64,000 nt of DNA from Chitinophagales bacterium (lineage in GTDB: Bacteria; Bacteroidota; Bacteroidia; Chitinophagales; LD1). The position numbers and the translations under genes are program-made. Location: the NCBI GenBank assembly GCA_044228435.1, contig JBGAUW010000005.1, positions 76,061 through 140,060 of the forward strand, in the 5' to 3' direction. The number at the start of each line of letters is the position of its first letter. The stretch's first letter is position 1. Positions 17,810-24,921 of this stretch are shown here, piece after piece. The notes under the pieces are model-generated. The model did not search any database. It was given only the letters and a program-made list of their open reading frames with translations, and was not told the DNA's origin.

Positions 17810-20259
17810 GCGATGCGGTAAGTTATTTTAAGCCACCAGCCAATTATTTTTGGCGCTGGGCCGAAAACGGAAAAGTTGCCGAAGGGCAACACATGGGGAC
17901 TATTTGCTACCGCGACGACCTGGTGCAGATATTAAGAGCACTGGCCCCTTATGGCTTGCCACCTTTAGGTAGTGTACTGCTTGTAATTGCAGCCTGCCAC
18001 GAGGGCAGCTATGGTATTGGTGCTACGCAATCGAACATTACTAAGTTTTTAGAGTCTCTGAAAATCGAATTAAAAGATATTCCGCGTGGCCTTTTAGAAG
18101 AGTTTAACCAAGTCGCGCTTAAACTAATAAATACAGTACGCAACTTGCCGGTTGATCTGAGAAGCGGCAATGCGCGTATACATTTAATTAATACGCTTTT
18201 TGAAAAAACGGCTCGCCCGGTTGTTGGCAATAAGGCGTTGGAGGTAATTGATGAATTTACGGCACATGTGTTAGATGCCGAGTTGCTGAGTAAGAATAAG
18301 CCTTACCTGGTAACAATAGACTTTATTGAAAAAGAATTTGTAGCTATTAGCTCTGCCACTTACTATTATACTGATACAGAAACCCTTGCACAAAAATTAA
18401 AAACCAGTGTTTTCGCACCACCGGAACCGGTTAAAATTGCGGTACCGGTGCCAGAAAACTTGGATGCTCCGTTAATGGTGCAATTAGAGGCTGATGTGCA
18501 AACGGCAGGCATTGCGAGGCTTACGCAAAGCATTGTAGCGGCACTAAATATCCCTATGCACTCGCGTAATGCCGGCGACCAGCCTATTGGCGGCATAAGT
18601 GATATTACTAACCGCGGCAACTTTGATAAGCTGCTTATAAGCGAGCTGGCTAACGACGACCTAACCCTTACGGCCCGGCTGGTAAATAACGAAGCGCTAT
18701 ACCTGCGGCGCGAAGTGCCACCGGTAAACATGCACCGTCAACGGAATATTTTAATTGACAGCACCATTCGCCTGTGGGGCAAGCCGCGCATTTATGGCAT
18801 TTCGGCCGCGCTGGCCTGCACATTAAACACGCAGCACCTGCAAGCTGTTAATTGCTACATCCTTACCGGTGCAGGTTTTTTATCTCAAAATTTTGCAACA
18901 AAGGCCGGTGTACTACGCGGCATGGAAACCCTAAGCGCCGACCTGCATTGTATCCCCGCTCTGCTAAAATTTATAACCGAACATGAATCCATTGAGGGTA
19001 CTGAAAACATATTGGTAACAAGCGAGGCCTCCCTGCAAAATGCGCAATACCTGGCCAACTATCAATACATACAGCAGGGGCTTAAGTTTTTAGTGAGCGT
19101 AAACCGCGATGGGCACTTAAATTTTTACGAGTTTGTAAACGGGCACCGCAAGCTGCTAAGCACTGCCCACCTGGATTTGAACGAATTATTAAAAGAAAAG
19201 CGCAACCGGGTTAAGCCACAAACCTATAATGATAAAGTGCCTGCCTTTTATCAGCAAAAGACTGCGCCGTTATTTTACCCAACAACACAGGTACGGCCAT
19301 CGCTAAACAATTTCTTTTGTATAAGAAACAAAGAGTTTTTAGGAACTACTGAAACACAAAGGCTTCTATACTGGCCAGAGCATGACAAAGGTGCTATTGA
19401 GCTTTTACCGTTCATAGAAAAAGGCAATTATAAATCAGCATTGTGCCCCCTCACCAATAAGCTTTATATTTTTGCAGGCACAGGTGATGTTAAATACCAA
19501 ATAAGCCCGGTTACACTGAAGGAGCAGGCCATATACTGCCCGGGCCCTGACGGCTCTGTTTTATATGTAGTACATTTAAGATCGCTTAAAGAACCTTTAA
19601 AATTAAGTAACATAAGGGCAGAGGTTTTAAATATAGCTACCGATTCGAATGTTTGTTTTATTGAAACAACCGAAGGTATAAAGACAGTGGTTGAAGAAAC
19701 AGAAAAAATAAGTGTTGCTAAAATTACCAATGCCAGGTTCATTGAGTTACTGTCTTATCAAAAATCCTTTACCAGGCCCGACAATACGCCTAACCGGCAT
19801 ATTAATAATGGCTACAGTGCATTACACCGTATTGAAAACATAGCCGTTACCAACTCCGGCAATATTTGTTTTGGCCTCAGAGAGCTAAAGCTATTAGAAG
19901 ACCAATCGCAACTTAAATTTAAAGAAATGAAGGTCCGTTCGATTGCTACTAAATCTATAAAGACAGAACTAAAAGATATACAACCCGGCACCCTGCTAAA
20001 GGGCACTTGCTTTAAACATACTAATGGCCACAGCATTATAATAGACTCAAACGGACTGGCGCATTTTAAAGCCGGCAATGATAGTCTGCCTGAGTTTACA
20101 ATAACCAGCGTTATTAATAAATCGGTAGCCGGATGGACCAGCGACGGAAAGATTTTTGGCTCCCCGTATTTTGTTCCGCCAGGCGATACGTGGCAAAAAA
20201 TAAGTGCGAAAGAGTTTTACATCAATTACCTTAAAAAGTTTGCAGAACAATTACGCTAG
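17803..20259 (+). CDS. vWA-like domain protein with degenerate MIDAS (MoxR partner candidate)
   Basis: 818-aa ORF whose ATG overlaps the upstream stop (ATGCTAA). aa 314-440 show a vWA-like beta1 NILIDSTIRLWG and a later ILVTSEAS at the TDG position. The C-terminal ~300 aa are beta-rich. The CDS is solid; the family call is tentative. Confidence 0.5.
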   Translation: MLSDAVSYFKPPANYFWRWAENGKVAEGQHMGTICYRDDLVQILRALAPYGLPPLGSVLLVIAACHEGSYGIGATQSNITKFLESLKIELKDIPRGLLEEFNQVALKLINTVRNLPVDLRSGNARIHLINTLFEKTARPVVGNKALEVIDEFTAHVLDAELLSKNKPYLVTIDFIEKEFVAISSATYYYTDTETLAQKLKTSVFAPPEPVKIAVPVPENLDAPLMVQLEADVQTAGIARLTQSIVAALNIPMHSRNAGDQPIGGISDITNRGNFDKLLISELANDDLTLTARLVNNEALYLRREVPPVNMHRQRNILIDSTIRLWGKPRIYGISAALACTLNTQHLQAVNCYILTGAGFLSQNFATKAGVLRGMETLSADLHCIPALLKFITEHESIEGTENILVTSEASLQNAQYLANYQYIQQGLKFLVSVNRDGHLNFYEFVNGHRKLLSTAHLDLNELLKEKRNRVKPQTYNDKVPAFYQQKTAPLFYPTTQVRPSLNNFFCIRNKEFLGTTETQRLLYWPEHDKGAIELLPFIEKGNYKSALCPLTNKLYIFAGTGDVKYQISPVTLKEQAIYCPGPDGSVLYVVHLRSLKEPLKLSNIRAEVLNIATDSNVCFIETTEGIKTVVEETEKISVAKITNARFIELLSYQKSFTRPDNTPNRHINNGYSALHRIENIAVTNSGNICFGLRELKLLEDQSQLKFKEMKVRSIATKSIKTELKDIQPGTLLKGTCFKHTNGHSIIIDSNGLAHFKAGNDSLPEFTITSVINKSVAGWTSDGKIFGSPYFVPPGDTWQKISAKEFYINYLKKFAEQLR

Positions 20260-22985
20260 TGGAACTACAGATAAAATATAACCCCAAACAAAAAGGCAAC
20301 ACCGATGCTGTATTTATTGCAGGCAGCACAGCCGCGGCATGGTTGCGCGAAATTGATAGCTGGCAGATACCTTACGGCCAGTTGCAGTGTTATGTGGTTC
20401 CCGAATCGATACGCAGTATTAAACCTGCGGGCCTTTTTGTTATAGTAAGTGCCACAGGCAACAAAGCTATGCAGCAATTACCTGCTTATACTGCTGTAAC
20501 GGGCCGGCTATATATACCGGCATCCGCTGCCTTGTATCCTGCAGTTACTAAATCTGAACTTGAAAAAATATTGCTTTGGAAGGTGCAGTTTTTCCATCCC
20601 ACTATAGGCCTGGTTGGCTTTGAGCCTGAAGACCGCATTGACTTACTTCAACTGATTCAACTACCGGTAGTATTAGAGAACAGGTGGCAAAGCGCACCGG
20701 CAGCTATCACAGTGCCGCCCTTACAGTCTATAAGGGTGCAGCGCGATGAAGTGCAGGATTTGCTTGAAAGTTTTAAAAAAGAAATTGGTGTAAAACCTAT
20801 TGAAGAAATACCCGGCAAACCGGCACCGGCCGCGCAAGCTGCAAAAATGGCGGGCAACCGCATTCTTTATTATCTGCTTGCAGCAATTATGTTCATACCA
20901 ATGGTGCTGGGTACTTTAATTGCCTTATTGGTTAACCTGCTACCAAAAAGCAATAGCCCATCAGCACCCCCCGCAAGCTATCGCTCTCCTTCGTGGTTAG
21001 AAGGTTTTTTAGGAAACATAACCGAACGCACCACTACCTGGATTAAAAAAACCATGGAGGAGCTACAAAAAGAACGCGATAGCGAAATAAACCGGTTAAT
21101 GAACCTGTTTGAAACCGACCCCGATGAGGCGCTTAAATATGCTATACCCTTATCGAGCATGTACCAGGGCCGTGGAACTACCGATGAGGGCAGTAAACTG
21201 ACCCGGCAGGATAGCTTGTTTAATATGCGGGGCTTAGGCGGTGGGCAAGTGCGCAGCGTGTGGAATATTGGCGACCGGGCAAACGATTTACGGATAAAGT
21301 ATATAAAGGCAGCTGAACAGGAGTTAAAACGAGGTAACTACAAACGTGCGGCTTATATATATACCAACCTGCTGGGCGATTATAACAGTGCCGCCAATGC
21401 ACTTATGCAGGGTAAGTTTTACCGCGAAGCGGCAGCACTCTACAAAGACCACCTGCACCGTAAACAAGCGGCTGCTGATTGCCTTGAAAAAGGAGGGCTT
21501 CTGGAAGAGGCGATAGAGCTGTATATAGAACTAAATAACTACGAAAAGGCCGGAGACCTTTACACCGTATTGGGGCAAAATACAAAAGCAGAAGCCTGCT
21601 ATGCTAAATGTGTTGAAAGCGCCCTGCAGGTAAAAAACTATTTAGAGGTAGCCCGGTTACAACATTACAAACTAAATAATACCGCCGAAGCATTTACTAC
21701 CTTAATGCTTGGCTGGGAAGAAAACATAAAGCCCGCAGAATGCCTTACACAATATTATACTCTGAAGCAGCAAACGGGCGAAACAGAAGTGGTGGCGGAT
21801 ATTGAAGCGGTTTATAAAAAGGCATCTACTTCGCAGCAAAAAAATATGCTGCTGGATGTAATGCAGCAGGTAAACAAATTGTACCCCGGTAAAACTACCG
21901 AAACAACCACCAATATAGCTTATGAAATTATAAGCGAACAGGCCAACGCGGGAAACCTTACCCGCCTGAGCGTTTTAGCAAACTACACCGAAGATGACCA
22001 ACTGGTAACAAGCGATTGCAGCCGTTACATACACCTGCATAAAAAACAAACCGCTATACAAAATGTGGTTAGCGATTTAAGGCTGAATAAAGATGTGAAA
22101 TGGTTTAAGGCCATGAACGTGCATAATTGCGTTTATTCATTCGGCATTTCGCAGGGCAGGCTTATTTTTTCGCGCACCAACTGGTATAACAATACCGACT
22201 ATTGTATTTGGAATGAACCCTTAGCCGTAGTAGATAAAATGGTAATAGCCGTAAATGCTTTACAAAAAAACAGTGTTGTTATATACTACCTGACCGGTAA
22301 CGGTTTTTACGATAAAAAGCTGCAGGCAAATAAATACTTCGATTTTTCGCTGAATCTTTATACCTGCGCCTACCTTCCGGCCGATATGCTTGCCGTGGGA
22401 GTTGATAACATAAACCGCATTGCTGCCGTTGTAAGGCACGATGACGGAGCATCGCTAAATCATTACAACACCGACAATAGCCTGGTAAAAACTACCGATT
22501 GTACCGGTGATTTTGCGCGGCTTAATTTTTATACCGCTGCCGTGCCAATGACGGCCAAAGCCGGTGGCTTTTATTTTAAACAAGATGACGTATTGTTTTT
22601 TATTTCTAACGACGGAGATGTGCGCTCCATCGATTTTGATTCTACCATCAGCTATTTAGCTATATCGCACTTACTGGGCGCACCTAAATTTATTATCAGC
22701 TGCACGGTTGGGGTTTTGTTTGTAACCGATGCCAACGGCCAGTTTGCTTTATTAGGTGATAGCAGCGAAATGGGAATAATAAGCGCTGTATTTATATCGG
22801 ATACCTGCGCGGCAGCAGCCAGTGGACATTGCCTAACCGTATATACTATAGATGGAGCGGTTAGCGTGAAGCAACAAATTGAAGTAGAAGAAACGATTGT
22901 TGCGGTGCTTACTACCAACCAACGAAACGAAATTGCTTTGCTGTTGGAAAATGGCGAAATGAAGAAGTTTGCAATTGAAGAATAG
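20259..22985 (+). CDS. single-pass membrane protein with TPR-like helical repeats and beta-propeller-like C-terminal domain
   Basis: 908-aa ORF with a GTG start overlapping the upstream TAG (TAGTG). TM helix ILYYLLAAIMFIPMVLGTLIALLVNLL (nt 20862-20942). Helical repeats at aa ~355-485. About seven strand-turn-strand repeats at aa ~610-908. Confidence 0.5.
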   Translation: MELQIKYNPKQKGNTDAVFIAGSTAAAWLREIDSWQIPYGQLQCYVVPESIRSIKPAGLFVIVSATGNKAMQQLPAYTAVTGRLYIPASAALYPAVTKSELEKILLWKVQFFHPTIGLVGFEPEDRIDLLQLIQLPVVLENRWQSAPAAITVPPLQSIRVQRDEVQDLLESFKKEIGVKPIEEIPGKPAPAAQAAKMAGNRILYYLLAAIMFIPMVLGTLIALLVNLLPKSNSPSAPPASYRSPSWLEGFLGNITERTTTWIKKTMEELQKERDSEINRLMNLFETDPDEALKYAIPLSSMYQGRGTTDEGSKLTRQDSLFNMRGLGGGQVRSVWNIGDRANDLRIKYIKAAEQELKRGNYKRAAYIYTNLLGDYNSAANALMQGKFYREAAALYKDHLHRKQAAADCLEKGGLLEEAIELYIELNNYEKAGDLYTVLGQNTKAEACYAKCVESALQVKNYLEVARLQHYKLNNTAEAFTTLMLGWEENIKPAECLTQYYTLKQQTGETEVVADIEAVYKKASTSQQKNMLLDVMQQVNKLYPGKTTETTTNIAYEIISEQANAGNLTRLSVLANYTEDDQLVTSDCSRYIHLHKKQTAIQNVVSDLRLNKDVKWFKAMNVHNCVYSFGISQGRLIFSRTNWYNNTDYCIWNEPLAVVDKMVIAVNALQKNSVVIYYLTGNGFYDKKLQANKYFDFSLNLYTCAYLPADMLAVGVDNINRIAAVVRHDDGASLNHYNTDNSLVKTTDCTGDFARLNFYTAAVPMTAKAGGFYFKQDDVLFFISNDGDVRSIDFDSTISYLAISHLLGAPKFIISCTVGVLFVTDANGQFALLGDSSEMGIISAVFISDTCAAAASGHCLTVYTIDGAVSVKQQIEVEETIVAVLTTNQRNEIALLLENGEMKKFAIEE

Positions 22986-22991
22986 CGGGTA

Positions 22992-24038
22992 TTACCGTTT
23001 AGCTATTTGCTTAGCCCACTTAGGCAATATTATTAAGCCCAACAGTATATACAAGTAGTACGAATACAGCCGCCATACCAACGCTACCGCCGCCGAAAGC
23101 CCTACCGGTGTAAACTCGCAGTTAAGCGCCATAAATGATAACTCTGCTACACCGGTTGCCCCCGGGGTAGTAGGCACGCCGGTAAATATCCAAAGCACAT
23201 ATTGGCGCGAAAGGGCCATTAAAAAACTAAAATCGGTTATTGCAAAGGCATACAACAACGATACCGCCAACAGGTAACGGCCTACCCAGTTTATCAGTGT
23301 GGCAATACTCATTTTAACCCAAAAAGCTAAGGGGCGGCCTTTGAACTCGCGGGCTGTTAGTTCTACTTCATCACCCAGTTCGGCAATACCTTTTTCGAAA
23401 CGGTTTAATAATACAACCTTAGAAAGGCGATGGAAAAACTTTTTGGCAGCATGCGGAAAAACAAACAAGGCGCTGCCTAAAAAAATACAGGCGCATAATA
23501 AAACGCCATAGCCAATCCAGGCATAACTGCCAAAGGCGCGTAAAGTTTGTAACACCGGGCTATCGGCCAGGTCGGCGCAGGCGTAAGTAAAGTTAAGCAT
23601 ACTGCTACCCAGTATTGAATACAATACCGTCCAAACCACCACAAAAGCCATGTTATCGAAAAAGGCATTCAGCATTAATACTGCTACGCTTTTGCCATAG
23701 GTAAGTCCGCTGTTTTTTAATATAAACAATACAAAAGGGGCCTCGCTTACTTTAGGTACTATACAAGCGCTAAACTCCCACATGGTAATGGTCTGAAAAG
23801 TCTTTTTCCAGGTCATGTGCTTATTAGTGCTAAGCCGCAGCTTATACATAAAAGCAGCATCGCGCACAATTACCGTTAAGGCCGCAATAAGTAACCCAAC
23901 AATCAATTTAGTGTTGATGCTAACCGCCTGTAAGGCTGCAAAATTCATTTTGGTAATAAGGTACGCCGAAGCACCTATGCCTATGCTTAAAGGTATAAGC
24001 AGTTTCCAAAGGTTTATTTTTTGCGGGGCGTCGCTCAC
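22992..24038 (-). CDS. polytopic membrane protein, lysylphosphatidylglycerol-synthase-TM / flippase-like (UPF0104-type)
   Basis: 348-aa ORF with at least 8 hydrophobic helices. Family assignment is from overall resemblance only. Confidence 0.45.
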   Translation of the reverse strand: MSDAPQKINLWKLLIPLSIGIGASAYLITKMNFAALQAVSINTKLIVGLLIAALTVIVRDAAFMYKLRLSTNKHMTWKKTFQTITMWEFSACIVPKVSEAPFVLFILKNSGLTYGKSVAVLMLNAFFDNMAFVVVWTVLYSILGSSMLNFTYACADLADSPVLQTLRAFGSYAWIGYGVLLCACIFLGSALFVFPHAAKKFFHRLSKVVLLNRFEKGIAELGDEVELTAREFKGRPLAFWVKMSIATLINWVGRYLLAVSLLYAFAITDFSFLMALSRQYVLWIFTGVPTTPGATGVAELSFMALNCEFTPVGLSAAVALVWRLYSYYLYILLGLIILPKWAKQIAKR

Positions 24039-24043
24039 GCGTT

Positions 24044-24076
24044 AAAAATAAAAAACCCGCTTGCATAAGCGGGTTT
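24044..24076 (-). terminator. rho-independent terminator after scpA
   Basis: 10-bp stem aaacccgctt/aagcgggttt (24053-24062 / 24067-24076), GCAT loop, minus-strand tail TTTATTTTT. Confidence 0.7.
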
Positions 24077-24098
24077 GTATTTTCAGTTGTCGACGGCA

Positions 24099-24890
24099 TT
24101 AATTCTGCTGCCCTTCCAACACTACTTCTTTAATTTCTTCGGGGTCGTTCTTTTCTACCCAAAAATTATTGTAGCCTTCGCCTATGGTAATTTTTATCTG
24201 CTGCTCTTGTATTAACTCTAACACTGAAAGAAAGACGAAAATGGCATGTATGCGATTTTCCACTTCGGCAAACACTTCTTCAAAAGCTGTCTTTTGTCCT
24301 ATTTTAATTTTTTCGAGCAGCATCATTTTTTCACCGCTAATGGTATACGCCGGCGATTCAACGGTGTGCACCACCTTCTTATTCTTTTCGCGGGCAATGC
24401 GATCCAACACGTTTTGGAAAGATTTAAGCAACCGGAACATGGTTAAGCTTTGCATCTCGAACTCGGTTTCAAACAAGTCGGCTATCTCTTTATTCTCATG
24501 CAGGGTGTTTCCGCGTTTGGTAATGCTTTGGCGGTCTTCTTCCATTTTGCGCATGTTCTCGGTTACCTCTTTGTACTTTTTGTACTCAATAAGGCGGGTA
24601 ACCAATTCATCGCGGGGGTCAATTTCTTTACCGGTTTCTGGGTCTACCTCTTTACGTGGCAACAGCAACTTAGCCTTTATGCGCATAAGCGTAGCGGCTA
24701 CTAAAATAAATTCGCTGGCCACCTCAATGTTTAAGGCATCCATTTTCCGGATAAAATCCAAAAAGTCGTTGGCTACTTTAAAAATAGGAACGTCGTATAT
24801 ATCCAATTCATCGCGCTCGATAAAAAACAGTAGCAGGTCGAAGGGACCTTCAAACTGCGGCAATTTTATTTCATACGTTTCCTGGCTCAT
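24099..24890 (-). CDS. scpA: segregation and condensation protein A
   Basis: 263-aa ORF with the N-terminal FEGPFDLLLFFIERDELDIYDVPI signature of ScpA. Confidence 0.8.
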   Translation of the reverse strand: MSQETYEIKLPQFEGPFDLLLFFIERDELDIYDVPIFKVANDFLDFIRKMDALNIEVASEFILVAATLMRIKAKLLLPRKEVDPETGKEIDPRDELVTRLIEYKKYKEVTENMRKMEEDRQSITKRGNTLHENKEIADLFETEFEMQSLTMFRLLKSFQNVLDRIAREKNKKVVHTVESPAYTISGEKMMLLEKIKIGQKTAFEEVFAEVENRIHAIFVFLSVLELIQEQQIKITIGEGYNNFWVEKNDPEEIKEVVLEGQQN

Positions 24891-24921
24891 TTCTTTTAAA
24901 CTTTAATGGTGGCTGTAACTT

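Noticed and set aside
22992-24038. Flippase-like membrane protein as part of the MoxR-vWA system
   Set aside because: It is convergently oriented, 6 nt from the operon end, and is the last gene of the opposite-strand scpA-side transcription direction. There is no evidence of co-regulation.
24184-24906. 240-aa ORF on the plus strand spanning almost the whole scpA locus
   Set aside because: It is antisense to a gene with a clear ScpA signature. The translation is Ser-rich and low-complexity with no motif. This is a typical shadow ORF.
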